64,000 nucleotides of DNA, taken from the NCBI GenBank assembly GCA_003134045.1, contig PLAH01000125.1, positions 31,828 to 95,827 on the forward strand, in the 5' to 3' direction. Every line of letters starts with the position of its first letter. Position 1 is the first letter of the stretch. This DNA is from Gammaproteobacteria bacterium. GTDB taxonomy: Bacteria > Pseudomonadota > Gammaproteobacteria > Steroidobacterales > Steroidobacteraceae. The translations under genes and the position numbers were made by a program. Below the pieces are notes generated by a model. It was not told the DNA's origin and did no database searches. It saw nothing but the letters and a program-made list of their open reading frames with translations. Shown piece by piece: positions 27,499-37,189 of the stretch.

Positions 27499-27932
27499 GC
27501 ATTTGGCAGAGCCCGCAGTCGCTCGAGGCGATGAACGCGGCACGCGACCGCACCATGATCCAGCATCTCGGCATCGTCTTCAGCGAGGTCGGCGACGATT
27601 TCATTCGGGCCACCATGCCCGTGGACGAACGCACCCATCAGCCCCATGGAATGTTGCATGGGGGGGCCTCGGTGGCGCTGGCGGAAACGGTGGGCAGCAT
27701 GGGCGCGGCGATGTGCATCGATCGATCGCAGTACTTTTGCGTAGGCCAGGAAATCAACGCCAACCACGTCCGTTCGGTGCGGCGCGGGCAGGTGACGGCG
27801 ACCGCGCGCCCGGTACACTTAGGTGGCCGCAGCCAGGTGTGGGCCATCGACATCGTCACCGACTCGCAGGACCTGGTGTGCATCTCCCGCCTGACCGTCG
27901 CCGTCATCAAGCAGGGCGCGCTGGGTTCGTGA
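27495..27932 (+). CDS. PaaI/YdiI-type hotdog-fold thioesterase
   Basis: In-frame tail of track ORF 26529..27932 from GTG 27495 (GTGA overlap with the argH stop). [65 protein letters not shown]. Confidence 0.75.
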   Translation: [145 protein letters not shown]

Positions 27933-27965
27933 ATCCATGCTAGCGTTTGCAACGCCGAGTGGCGT

Positions 27966-28814
27966 ATGGTGCGCGCCATGAAACAAGCCAACTTCGAATC
28001 CACCCGCCGCATCGCGGCCCAGCCCGCGCGGACGTGCGGCCTTTGGGTCTTGATGGCGGTCGCACCCCTCGCCGGCGCACAGACGCCCGCCCCGGCGCCG
28101 GTCCAGAACGCACCGTTGACGCCGGCGCCCGCGCCCCCCGTCGATACGTCGAGCGAGCATACGAGCTACCTGTTCGGCCTGACCTTCGGCGAACAAATGC
28201 ACTCGGTCGGGATCAGCGATCAAGTCAACCCCGATGCCATCGCGCAAGGCGTGAAGGACGGCTTGGCGGGCAAGAAGTCGACCCACGCCGATCAGCAGCA
28301 GATCCAGGAATTCGTGCACTCGGTGATGGCCGCATCGACGGCGCGCAACAAGGCCGCCGCACAGGAATTTCTGGCGCGCAACGGCCGCGACAAGAACGTG
28401 AAGACCACCGCCTCGGGGCTGCAGTACAAGATCCTCGTGCCGGGGAACGCCAAGGCGGCGGCGATTCTTCCCACCGACGAAGTGACCGTCAACTACCGCG
28501 GCAAGCTGCTCGACGGCTCGGAATTCGACAGCTCCTACTCGCGCGGAGTACCGGCCACATTCAAGATCAACGGCGTCATCAAGGGCTGGCAGGAGGCCTT
28601 GGTGCTCATGAAGCCCGGCGCGAAATGGCAATTGTTCGTTCCGCCCGAACTCGCCTATGACACGAGCCCGCGCCCGGGTATTCCCGCCGGATCGCTGCTG
28701 ATCTTCGATGTCGACCTCGTCAGCGTCAAACCGAACGAGCCAGGCGCGCAGGCTCAGCCGTTGCCGCAATCCCACCGGGCCGTGCCGCCGCTCACACCGA
28801 CCCCGAACCAATAG
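27966..28814 (+). CDS. FKBP-type peptidyl-prolyl cis-trans isomerase (FkpA/Mip-like, secreted)
   Basis: Track ORF 282 aa. Signal peptide. VNYRGKLLDGSEFDSSY...INGVIKGWQEALVLMKPGAKWQLFVPPELAY. Confidence 0.85.
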   Translation: MVRAMKQANFESTRRIAAQPARTCGLWVLMAVAPLAGAQTPAPAPVQNAPLTPAPAPPVDTSSEHTSYLFGLTFGEQMHSVGISDQVNPDAIAQGVKDGLAGKKSTHADQQQIQEFVHSVMAASTARNKAAAQEFLARNGRDKNVKTTASGLQYKILVPGNAKAAAILPTDEVTVNYRGKLLDGSEFDSSYSRGVPATFKINGVIKGWQEALVLMKPGAKWQLFVPPELAYDTSPRPGIPAGSLLIFDVDLVSVKPNEPGAQAQPLPQSHRAVPPLTPTPNQ

Positions 28815-28877
28815 CTCACGCGTCGGCAGAGCGAACGACGTGAGCGACACGACCGGCAGCGCCCTGGCGCTCGCCGG

Positions 28878-30575
28878 TCATGGGCGCGGCGTCAAGTCCA
28901 GCGCGTTGGTCAGATCGCCCATGGGGGCCTCGGCGTGTTCCTCGAGGGCGCGGTCGCGCGCCGCGATGCCGGGCAGGATCGCAAGGTCGAAGCGGCGGGT
29001 GAACAAACGCAGGATGGAGGCCGTGTCGTATTGCGTGTGGTCGACCGTGCCCATTCTTGCAAAGGGCGAAATCACGATCGCCGGGATGCGAGCACCCGGC
29101 CCGAGCAGATCGCCCTTCGGCGGCGCGACATGGTCCCAGGCCCCGCCGTATTCGTCGTAAGTGATGACGATCACCATGTCCTTCCACTGCGGGCCGGCCT
29201 GAAGCTTCGCGACCAGGTCGGCGATGTGCGCATCGCCATCGGCCACCGATGCATAGCCCGGGTGTTGATTGAGATTCCCCTGCGGCTTGTAGAAGACGAC
29301 GGGCGGTAGCCGGCCCGCGCCGATGTCGGCAATGAGTCCGTCGTAGTCCTTCAGGTGCTCTGCGCGCTGATCGGCATGCGCCTCAGGATCGAACCTCGAG
29401 TAATAATTGAACGGCTGATGATGGGGCTGAAAGTCCGGACTGCCCGCGGGGGTGGTCGGCGCATAGATCACTTTGCGCATCCTAGCCGCCGGCTGCCTGC
29501 CGTCGGCGATCGCCGCGTCCCACGACCCGGCATACCAGGTCCAGGCGACGTTCTTGGCGCTCAGACGGTCGCCGATGGTGGGGCCGCTCTGCGGCGGCAA
29601 CGTGGTGGAATTGTTGGGATCCGCATAATCCGGCGCGCCGCCCCGCGCCGGCGCGTTGCCGCTGGGCTGATAGGCGGGCTGCATGGTGTTCACGGCATGG
29701 AACTTGCCGTCGCCGAAATAGTCCGCGGGGGCAATGTTGCCGCTCTTCACGAACTTCGGCGGGCCATCGAGCGCCGACGCGGGCGAGCCTTTGGCCACCG
29801 TGAGCCGCGGCAGGAGATGACCGGCGTCGCTGTCGAGCACCGTGAGCGACGGCTTGGCGGCCGCGGTGTCGGCATTCGGATATTCCGGGGCACAGGCGCA
29901 AATCAAGTATTGATGATTGAGGAACGAGCCGCCGAAGGCGCCTTGGAAAAAATGATCCGCCAGCACGTACTTGCGCGCCAGGGCATACAGCGCGGATCGA
30001 CTGTAGTCATAGTGGCCCATGGTCAGGCCGCCCGAGTCCGACCAGGCTGCATATCCATCGTTCTTGCCGCCGTCGATCTGCATCTGGTGCTCGTAGAAGC
30101 GGTGATACAGATCCCGCGTCACGACCTGCGTCGACAAAGTGACTGTCGACTGCCCGGTAAACGCATGTTCGATCGAAAACGGCGCGTTGGGCAAACCGCC
30201 GCTTTGCGCCTGCGTGACGACGGGCTGGTAGCCGGCCGCGGTCACGCCCCCCCAGGTCTGCGGCAGCTTCGCCAACACCGAACCGTCGCGGTCCCGCTGG
30301 GGAACATAGGCCGGCAGCGGATGCCCCGCGGCGTCGACCACATCGCGGAGGCCGCCCGCCCCCGGAAAGTTGCCATACAGATTGTCGAAGGCGCGGTTCT
30401 CGGCGTAGATCACGACGATGGTTTTGACCCGGCTGCGCAGCGCCTGAGTGGTCGGATCGCCGGCCCCGGCGTGAGATTTGAGGAGTGAGTGGGGCGACGT
30501 GCAGGCGCCAATGGCCAGCGCAGCACAGAGGGCGGTCAGCGACTTGAGCCGGCGGCTCGAGGTATGCGATGTCAT
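28878..30575 (-). CDS. Phosphoesterase-family lipoprotein (AcpA acid phosphatase / phospholipase C-like)
   Basis: Track ORF 565 aa. Lipobox [42 protein letters not shown]. Confidence 0.8.
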   Translation of the reverse strand: MTSHTSSRRLKSLTALCAALAIGACTSPHSLLKSHAGAGDPTTQALRSRVKTIVVIYAENRAFDNLYGNFPGAGGLRDVVDAAGHPLPAYVPQRDRDGSVLAKLPQTWGGVTAAGYQPVVTQAQSGGLPNAPFSIEHAFTGQSTVTLSTQVVTRDLYHRFYEHQMQIDGGKNDGYAAWSDSGGLTMGHYDYSRSALYALARKYVLADHFFQGAFGGSFLNHQYLICACAPEYPNADTAAAKPSLTVLDSDAGHLLPRLTVAKGSPASALDGPPKFVKSGNIAPADYFGDGKFHAVNTMQPAYQPSGNAPARGGAPDYADPNNSTTLPPQSGPTIGDRLSAKNVAWTWYAGSWDAAIADGRQPAARMRKVIYAPTTPAGSPDFQPHHQPFNYYSRFDPEAHADQRAEHLKDYDGLIADIGAGRLPPVVFYKPQGNLNQHPGYASVADGDAHIADLVAKLQAGPQWKDMVIVITYDEYGGAWDHVAPPKGDLLGPGARIPAIVISPFARMGTVDHTQYDTASILRLFTRRFDLAILPGIAARDRALEEHAEAPMGDLTNALDLTPRP

Positions 30576-30702
30576 GCGGCCAGTATAAATAGAAGCAGGC
30601 CGCAGCGTCGCGGCCGTTGACGCGCGCCGTGCGCCGCACCGGCTTGGACGCGCATGTCGCGGAATGGCCGTGCCGGCGCCGCGTTATACTGCGGGGATGA
30701 AA

Positions 30703-30927
30703 ATGGCGCATCTGCTCGCAGCCGTTGCGATGACGGCAAATCTTGGATGCGGCCAGAAGGGCCCGCTGGTGCTGCCGGACGCCCAGCGCCCGCATAAAAA
30801 AGTAGGGTTGCCCAAGCCGGCCGCCTCGCCGGCCCCGCAGCAGGCGCCGGCACAAACACCGGGCGCACCGGCCGGTTCCCCACCGGCAACGGGCGACGCC
30901 AAGACGGACCCCGCTCCGCCGCGCTAG
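30703..30927 (+). CDS. Small lipoprotein, LptM (YifL)-like
   Basis: Track ORF 30664..30927 trimmed to ATG 30703 (GGGGA 5 nt upstream). MAHLLAAVAMTANLGCGQKGPLVLP matches the CGxKGPLxLP lipopeptide signature. Pro/Ala-rich tail. Confidence 0.6.
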   Translation: MAHLLAAVAMTANLGCGQKGPLVLPDAQRPHKKVGLPKPAASPAPQQAPAQTPGAPAGSPPATGDAKTDPAPPR

Positions 30928-30942
30928 CGGGGCAAGTACTGC

Positions 30943-33705
30943 ATGCCACGTAAGCTGCTCTTGGTCGATGGATCGTCCTATTTGTACCGGGCCTTCCATG
31001 CGCTGCCGCCGCTGAGCAACTCCAAAGGAGAGCCCACCGGCGCCGTGCTGGGGGTGCTCAACATGCTGAACAAGCTCATTAAAGAAGAGTCGCCGGCACG
31101 CGTCGCCGTGGTGTTCGATGCGCCCGGAAGAACCTTTCGAGATGATTTGTTCGACCAATACAAAGCCCATCGCACGCCCATGCCCGACGATCTGCGATCG
31201 CAAGTGCAGCCGCTCCTGGAGGCGGTCGAAGCGCTGGGACTGCCGATGTTGCGCATCGTCGGCGTGGAAGCGGACGACGTGATCGGCACGCTCGCGACGC
31301 AGGCCGCCCACCTCGGATTCGACGTGCTGATCTCGACCGGCGACAAGGACATGTGCCAGCTCGTCGGCCCGAGCATCGGGCTGGTGAACACCATGAGCAA
31401 CACGCGGCTCGACCGCGAGGGCGTCAAAGCGAAGTTCGACGTGCTGCCCGAACAGATCGTCGATTACCTCGCGCTGGTCGGCGACAGTTCGGACAATATT
31501 CCGGGGGTGACCGGCGTCGGCCCGAAAACCGCGGCGAAATGGCTCAATCAATATCACACCTTGGATTCATTGATCGGTCACGCCGCATCGATCACCGGCA
31601 AAGTGGGCGAGAACTTGCGCAGCGAGCTGCCGGCGCTCGAACTGTCGCGCAAGCTCGCGACGATCGACACCAACGTGGCGTTGACGGTCGACCCCGAGGG
31701 ACTGTCCGCCCGCGAGCCCGATCTTGCACGCCTGCGCGAACTGTATACGCGCCTGGAATTGCGCCAACTGCTGCGTGCCCTCGATCAGGGGTCGGCAGCG
31801 GCCACCCAGCCGGGTCCGGGCCCTGCGCCCGTGGCCGCCGCATCGAACGGGCTGTCGCCGGCACTGCCGGTGGGCGCGGTCAGCGCCCCGCCACGGCGCC
31901 GTGAGTACGACACTGTCACGACGCAGGAGGCCTTCGATGCGTGGCTCGCCAAACTCGCCGCGGCGCCCCTCATCTCCTTCGATACCGAGACCGACAGTCT
32001 CGACTACATGCAGGCCCACCTCGTCGGTGTGTCCTTTGCGGTGTCGCCGGGGGAAGCGGCCTACGTTCCGCTCGCGCACGATTATCCCGGAGCCCCGCCG
32101 CAATTGGATCGGGCCCGCGTGCTGGCAGCCTTGAAGCCGCTGCTGGAAGACGCTGCCAAACCGAAGCTCGGGCATCATTTGAAATTCGACAACCACATCC
32201 TCGCGAACTACGGCATCGCCCTGACGGGCCAGCGCTACGACTCGATGCTCGAGTCGTACGTGCTCAACAGCGTGACCACGCGGCACGACATGGACTCGAC
32301 CGTCGAGAAGTACCTGGGCATCAAGACCATTCACTACGAGGACGTCTGCGGCAAGGGCGCCAAGCAGATCACTTTCAACCAGGTCGAGGTCGAGCGAGCC
32401 GCCGACTACGCCGCCGAGGATGCGGACGTCACCCTGCAATTGCACCAGGCGCTGTGGCCGCAGCTGGAAGCGTTGCCGCGCCTCAAGGAACTGTACGAGA
32501 CCATCGAGCAGCCCTTGGTACCGGTGCTGTACCGCATGGAGCGAACCGGCGTACTGGTCGATCGGGAGCTTCTGAAGAAGCAGAGCGCCGAACTCGCGGC
32601 GCGCATGTTGGAGCTGCAGGCGCAGGCTCACAGCGAAGCCGGCGGCACGTTCAATGTCGACTCGCCGAAACAACTGCAGGAGATCCTGTTCGGCAAACTG
32701 GGCATTCCCGTCATCCGCAAGACGCCGACCGGACAGCCGTCGACCGCGGAGGACGTGCTCGAAGAGCTGGCCGCATCGTATCCGCTGCCCAAGCTCATCC
32801 TCGAATATCGCGGCGTGGCCAAGCTCAAATCGACTTATACGGATAAATTGCCGGAACAGATCGATCGGCAGACGGGGCGCATTCACACGTCCTACCATCA
32901 AGCGGTGGCTGCGACCGGCCGTCTCTCATCATCCGATCCGAACTTGCAGAACATCCCGATTCGCACGCCGGAAGGACGCCGCATACGTCAGGCGTTCGTG
33001 GCCCCGCCCGGGTACCGCCTGGTCGCCGCCGACTACTCGCAGATCGAGCTGCGCATCATGGCGCATCTGTCCGGCGACGCCACCCTGCTGGCCGCGTTCG
33101 CGGAGGATCGCGACGTGCACCAAGCCACGGCCGCAGAAGTGTTCGGCATACCGCTCGAGGCGGTCACCGCCGATCAGCGCCGCTCCGCCAAAGCGATCAA
33201 CTTCGGATTGATCTACGGCATGTCGGCCTTCGGGCTCGCCCGTCAGTTGGGGATAGGGCGCGGCGAGGCGCAACGTTACGTCGACCTTTATTTCGAGAGG
33301 TACCCCGGCGTCAAGCGCTACATGGACGAGACCAAGCTGAAGGCGCGCGAAGCCGGGTTCGTCGAAACGCTTTTCGGACGGCGCTTATATCTGCCGGAGA
33401 TCCAGTCGCGCAATCAGGCGCTGCGGCAATACGCCGAACGCAGTGCGATCAACGCGCCCATGCAGGGTACGGCCGCCGACATCATCAAACGCGCGATGAT
33501 CGACGTCGATTCGTGGCTGCGCGCCTCGGGCGCGGCGGCCCGCCTCATCATGCAAGTCCACGATGAACTGGTGTTGGAAGTCGCCGATACCGCGATAGAA
33601 TCCACCGTCGGGCAGCTCAGACAACGCATGGCGCAAGCCGCGGACCTGGCCGTTCCCCTCAAGGTGGACGTGGGGGTAGGCCTCAATTGGGACGAGGCGC
33701 ATTAG
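30943..33705 (+). CDS. polA: DNA polymerase I
   Basis: Track ORF 920 aa. 3'-5' exonuclease motif FDTETDSL, polymerase motifs DYSQIELRI, RRSAKAINFGLIYG, QVHDELV. Confidence 0.95.
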   Translation: MPRKLLLVDGSSYLYRAFHALPPLSNSKGEPTGAVLGVLNMLNKLIKEESPARVAVVFDAPGRTFRDDLFDQYKAHRTPMPDDLRSQVQPLLEAVEALGLPMLRIVGVEADDVIGTLATQAAHLGFDVLISTGDKDMCQLVGPSIGLVNTMSNTRLDREGVKAKFDVLPEQIVDYLALVGDSSDNIPGVTGVGPKTAAKWLNQYHTLDSLIGHAASITGKVGENLRSELPALELSRKLATIDTNVALTVDPEGLSAREPDLARLRELYTRLELRQLLRALDQGSAAATQPGPGPAPVAAASNGLSPALPVGAVSAPPRRREYDTVTTQEAFDAWLAKLAAAPLISFDTETDSLDYMQAHLVGVSFAVSPGEAAYVPLAHDYPGAPPQLDRARVLAALKPLLEDAAKPKLGHHLKFDNHILANYGIALTGQRYDSMLESYVLNSVTTRHDMDSTVEKYLGIKTIHYEDVCGKGAKQITFNQVEVERAADYAAEDADVTLQLHQALWPQLEALPRLKELYETIEQPLVPVLYRMERTGVLVDRELLKKQSAELAARMLELQAQAHSEAGGTFNVDSPKQLQEILFGKLGIPVIRKTPTGQPSTAEDVLEELAASYPLPKLILEYRGVAKLKSTYTDKLPEQIDRQTGRIHTSYHQAVAATGRLSSSDPNLQNIPIRTPEGRRIRQAFVAPPGYRLVAADYSQIELRIMAHLSGDATLLAAFAEDRDVHQATAAEVFGIPLEAVTADQRRSAKAINFGLIYGMSAFGLARQLGIGRGEAQRYVDLYFERYPGVKRYMDETKLKAREAGFVETLFGRRLYLPEIQSRNQALRQYAERSAINAPMQGTAADIIKRAMIDVDSWLRASGAAARLIMQVHDELVLEVADTAIESTVGQLRQRMAQAADLAVPLKVDVGVGLNWDEAH

Positions 33706-33851
33706 GGGAGAGCCCGCATAGTGGATGTTCTGCGGGCGTTGAGCAAGAGCAGCAACGCTAAAGTTTCGAGCAGTTTTTTAGTTGATTTTGGCCTGCCGGC
33801 GGCCTGTTTCGGCGAAATGGAGCTTTCAACGAAAATGCTCGCGGAGAGACT

Positions 33852-33879
33852 GGAACTTTCACCCCCCGTCCCCATCTAA
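33852..33879 (+). promoter_or_regulatory. Extracytoplasmic-stress sigma (RpoE/AlgU-type) promoter: GGAACTT-N16-TCTAA
   Basis: GGAACTT at 33852-33858, a 16-nt spacer, TCTAA at 33875-33879. There is no protein gene downstream on this strand before the terminator. Confidence 0.5.
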
Positions 33880-33884
33880 TCCAA

Positions 33885-34003
33885 TGAGCGAGAAAGACGC
33901 TCCCCGCTCTTCTCCCTGAGCGGGCTAGACCCGGTTTGTCATCCCCATGCCGGGTTGGTCTGCCTCGGTGGCTGTGTCAAAACTACCACCGGGGCCTTTT
34001 TTT
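33885..34003 (+). ncRNA. Candidate ~120-nt small RNA in the polA-engB spacer (ErsA / Spot 42 genomic position)
   Basis: Bounded by the sigmaE-type promoter and an intrinsic terminator. Internal hairpins GAGCG-agaaaga-CGCTC and CCCGCTC-ttctccct-GAGCGGG. The 5' end is estimated, not determined. Confidence 0.45.
33963..34003 (+). terminator. Rho-independent terminator
   Basis: CCTCGGTGG (33963-33971) pairs with CCACCGGGG (33986-33994): 9 bp including one G-U, with a 14-nt loop. It is followed by CC and seven T (33997-34003). There is no U-tract in the opposite orientation. Confidence 0.7.
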
Positions 34004-34592
34004 AGGCCGCCTCCAGCCACCGGTTCATGACCTCGCGGGCTTCCTCGAACCCCTGTTTGGCGTGCGCGGAAAACAATTGTGCGGTCACCGCCGTGTCGGC
34101 ACAAGCGGTTTTGGTTTCCCGCAACACGCGCAGCGAGTCGCGCCGATTCAATTTGTCCGCCTTGGTCAGCAGCACGTGCGCGTGGGCGTCGCGCGCCAGC
34201 ACCCATTCGAGCATGGCGGCATCCTGTGCGCCCAGGCCGCGTCGGCTATCGACGATCAGCACCAGGCCGACCAGGGATTCGCGTACGTTGAAGTAATGTT
34301 CCATCAACTGCAGCCACTTCAGGCGGATCCTTTCCGGCACCTTGGCGAACCCGTAGCCGGGTAGATCGACCAAGCGCCGCTCCGGCGCCAATTCGAAGAA
34401 ATTGATGAGTTGGGTACGGCCCGGCGTGCGGCTGACCCGTGCCAATCCGGCGCGTTGAGTGATCGAGTTGATGGCCGTGGATTTGCCGGAATTGGATCGT
34501 CCCGCGAAGGCAATTTCCCGGCCGGTGTCGGCGGCGAACTGATGCGCCTCGGCGGCGCTGGTCAGGAATTTTACATGCGGGTAGATCGACAT
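34002..34592 (-). CDS. engB: Ribosome-biogenesis GTPase EngB/YihA
   Basis: Track ORF 34002..34823 trimmed to MSIYPHVKF (ATG = complement 34590-34592). G1 GRSNSGKST, G3 DLPGYG, G4 TKADK. Confidence 0.9.
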   Translation of the reverse strand: MSIYPHVKFLTSAAEAHQFAADTGREIAFAGRSNSGKSTAINSITQRAGLARVSRTPGRTQLINFFELAPERRLVDLPGYGFAKVPERIRLKWLQLMEHYFNVRESLVGLVLIVDSRRGLGAQDAAMLEWVLARDAHAHVLLTKADKLNRRDSLRVLRETKTACADTAVTAQLFSAHAKQGFEEAREVMNRWLEAA

Positions 34593-34680
34593 AGTTGTTG
34601 CTGGGACGCAAATTATTGACTCTAGTGTACAATTTGGGGGCGTCGGCAGTTCACTTAAAGTTATGGGGTCAAAGGCGATC

Positions 34681-35289
34681 ATGAAGAGGTTTTGGATTCT
34701 CGCAGCAGCTATTTCGGGCGTGATCGTCAGCAACTCAGGCACCGCCGCCGGTAATGCGGAAACCGGTGCGACCAAGGCAGTCGTCTGCCAGGCGTGCCAT
34801 GGCGCCAACGGCAACAGTGTCAACCCCGAATGGCCCAGCTTGGCCGGGCTCGGGGCCGACTACATCGCCGATCAGCTCGAGAATTTCAAGGAACACAAGC
34901 GCGACAATCCGGTAATGATGCCGAACGCGGCGAATTTGAGTCCGGACGACATGGCGGACTTAGGCGCCTATTTCGACAGCCAAACGAACACCGGCCTCGA
35001 GGCGGACCCCTCTTACTGGCAGGCGGGCCAGAAGCTCTACCGCGCCGGCGACAAAGCCCGCGGCATTCCTGCCTGCATGGCATGCCATGGCCCCACCGGC
35101 CAGGGCAACGAGCCCGCGAAGTTTCCCGCATTGCGCGGTCAACATTCGGTGTACGTCGCGAAGCAGTTGAACGATTACGCGTCGGGCGCACGTGCCACCG
35201 GACCCAACGGCGTCATGCCCACGATCGCGAAGCGCCTCTCGCCCGACGACATCCGCAACCTGTCCTCTTATCTGCAAGGACTTCGCTGA
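34681..35289 (+). CDS. Dihaem cytochrome c4
   Basis: Track ORF 34663..35289. Preferred start MKRFWILAAAISG (34681). Two CxxCH sites (CQACHG, CMACHG). Confidence 0.85.
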   Translation: MKRFWILAAAISGVIVSNSGTAAGNAETGATKAVVCQACHGANGNSVNPEWPSLAGLGADYIADQLENFKEHKRDNPVMMPNAANLSPDDMADLGAYFDSQTNTGLEADPSYWQAGQKLYRAGDKARGIPACMACHGPTGQGNEPAKFPALRGQHSVYVAKQLNDYASGARATGPNGVMPTIAKRLSPDDIRNLSSYLQGLR

Positions 35290-35291
35290 AC

Positions 35292-36227
35292 ATGCGCGCC
35301 TCCGGCCTGGCGTTGCTCCTGACTCTTGCGCTCACCCTCGGTGCTTGCGGGAACCCACACTCGGCGAGCGACCGCGCGCCGGCGGCGACGACGCCGGCCA
35401 CTGCGTTGGCGCCTCCTCCCAGCACCACCGCTCCGGTTGCCACGCCGAGCGAGCAACAGGCGGCGGGCCTGGTCCCGACGCAGCCGGCCAGAGTGCGGCA
35501 TCCCAACGAAGACGGCTCGGAGACGGTGGAGGAGACCGCGGGCGACAGCGGCACGCACAATCCTCTGTTGGCGGCGGTCGCCTCGACCATGGCGGCAGCC
35601 ACCCCGGCCGCAGCCGCGGCCACTACCAGCGGACCCACCCTGTGGCAGGAAGGCGTGAATTACACCCGGCTCGTTCCGGCGCAGCCCACGTCCGTGCCCA
35701 CCGGACAAGTCGAAGTTCTGGAGTTCTTCTGGTACGCCTGCCCGCATTGCTATGCGATCGATCCGCTGGTGGAATCGTGGAAAAAGACCAAACCGGCGTT
35801 CGTCAGCTTTACGAGAGTGCCCGTCATGTGGAGCGAGGGACACAGGTCCACGGCGCGTCTTTATTACACGCTCGAGAGCCTGGGCAAGCTCGATCAATTG
35901 CACGGCGAAGTGTTCAAGGAAATCCACGTCAACAACGACCCCTTGATCGCGAGCGATCCCAACGACACCGCCGGGGCCGAACGCGTTCAAGCCGCGTTCG
36001 TTCAGAAGTTCGGAATCTCCGGCGACACGTTCAAGAAGGCCTATCACTCCTTCTCGGTGGAGACGTCGCTGCAACGTGCGGATCAGCTGGTGCAGCGCTA
36101 CCGCGTCGAAGGTGTCCCGACATTCGTCGTCAACGGCAAGTTCGTCGCCGATGTACGGTCTGCCGGCGGTCCGGAGCGTCTGCTCACCTTGGTCGACGAC
36201 TTGGCAACGCAGGAACACAAGCACTGA
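35292..36227 (+). CDS. dsbA: Thiol:disulfide interchange protein DsbA with lipoprotein signal and a ~100-aa Pro/Ala/Thr-rich linker
   Basis: Track ORF 34794..36227 trimmed to MRASGLALLLTLALTLGAC (ATG 35292). Active site FFWYACPHCY. C-terminal VEGVPTFVVNGKF. Confidence 0.85.
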   Translation: MRASGLALLLTLALTLGACGNPHSASDRAPAATTPATALAPPPSTTAPVATPSEQQAAGLVPTQPARVRHPNEDGSETVEETAGDSGTHNPLLAAVASTMAAATPAAAAATTSGPTLWQEGVNYTRLVPAQPTSVPTGQVEVLEFFWYACPHCYAIDPLVESWKKTKPAFVSFTRVPVMWSEGHRSTARLYYTLESLGKLDQLHGEVFKEIHVNNDPLIASDPNDTAGAERVQAAFVQKFGISGDTFKKAYHSFSVETSLQRADQLVQRYRVEGVPTFVVNGKFVADVRSAGGPERLLTLVDDLATQEHKH

Positions 36228-36520
36228 TCGGCGCCGCCGCAATGCGGCGTGAAGGCCTTCTACATTCCCCGATCCCATCCCGGTGTCGAGCTGCCTCGGC
36301 GGCACCGGCGGCACCGGCGAATCGATGACATCGCACCCTTCGATGGACGCAATTGGACGCTGTGCGCTCGGTTGCAGCGCAGCGCGACATAATGGATTTT
36401 TCTTCGGCGGTTATGTCGTGATTCCGCCCTCGCGGGCGGCGCGTGAGCGCAAATTCGTGACGTAGGCCGTGCGGTCCCGCCGTGGGTTTGGCGGATGCTA
36501 TACTTGTCGTTCAGGTCACG

Positions 36521-37189
36521 ATGCAACGGCCTACCCCCATGGCGCACTGGTCATACAGCGATCTGCAGGCATACGGCGGCGCAAACCGTCACCGCGGCAG
36601 GTGCGCCAAATTGCTGGTGGGACTGGTGTTGTTGACGGCGATCAGAAGCGGCGAGGCGACGGCCGGCGAACCAGCTCCCTTCGTGGGTGAGCCGTTGAAG
36701 CCCGACTTCAACCTCTCCGAGCGGTCCTCATGGCTCTCTGCTCCGCTGATCTCGGCTCCCGCGACTTTTCAAGGCGCGGCGTTGCCCGACGGCCCGCCAT
36801 TCTCGCCGCGCGACTTTCGTCCGCGCGGCCGCTCCATGCTCGAGAAGGAAGCAGTCCCCTTAGGCACACTTGAGAATACCCCGATGCTCGGAGCCACCAC
36901 GGTGTGGCAACGCTTATCCGAATACCGAGGGCACAATCGGGTGCGGCTGCTGACATTGTGGGAGACGGGCGGCAGCAGCGTCTCCTTGCAGGCGGACCAC
37001 AAAGGCGACCCGTCGCTGCAGTGGACCAGCCGGCTGATGAATCGCGGCGGCGCCACGCGCGGCCTGCTCGATCGAATGTTTTCCACCTCTCTGGCCGGCG
37101 CGGGCCGCGGTCTGCATTTATCGCCGCGCACGATGACCGGCGACGCGCCGGGCAAGCCGGCCAAACCCCTCGACGCCGGCAACAAATAG
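36521..37189 (+). CDS. Hypothetical secreted protein
   Basis: Track ORF 36482..37189 (GTG). In-frame ATG at 36521. Signal-like RCAKLLVGLVLLTAIRSGEATA. No family recognised. Confidence 0.4.
   Translation: MQRPTPMAHWSYSDLQAYGGANRHRGRCAKLLVGLVLLTAIRSGEATAGEPAPFVGEPLKPDFNLSERSSWLSAPLISAPATFQGAALPDGPPFSPRDFRPRGRSMLEKEAVPLGTLENTPMLGATTVWQRLSEYRGHNRVRLLTLWETGGSSVSLQADHKGDPSLQWTSRLMNRGGATRGLLDRMFSTSLAGAGRGLHLSPRTMTGDAPGKPAKPLDAGNK

Noticed and set aside
33714-33780. Possible polA terminator hairpins (GCCCGCA-N12-TGCGGGC at about 33714-33739, and a T6 run at about 33774-33779)
   Set aside because: The stem is not followed directly by the T-run, so the geometry is poor for an intrinsic terminator. 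polA may read through to the strong terminator at 33963-34003, which I note as an alternative explanation for the sRNA candidate.
19751-36314. Long antisense track ORFs across the arg operon, FKBP, polA and dsbA regions (19751..20776, 22982..24301, 27819..28850, 31567..32901, 35268..36314), plus 30007..31557, which is a same-strand wrong-frame run over the phosphoesterase 5' end that continues antisense into polA
   Set aside because: Each lies opposite, or out of frame with, a gene that has clear catalytic motifs. Their translations are low-complexity Arg/Gly/Ala/His strings.
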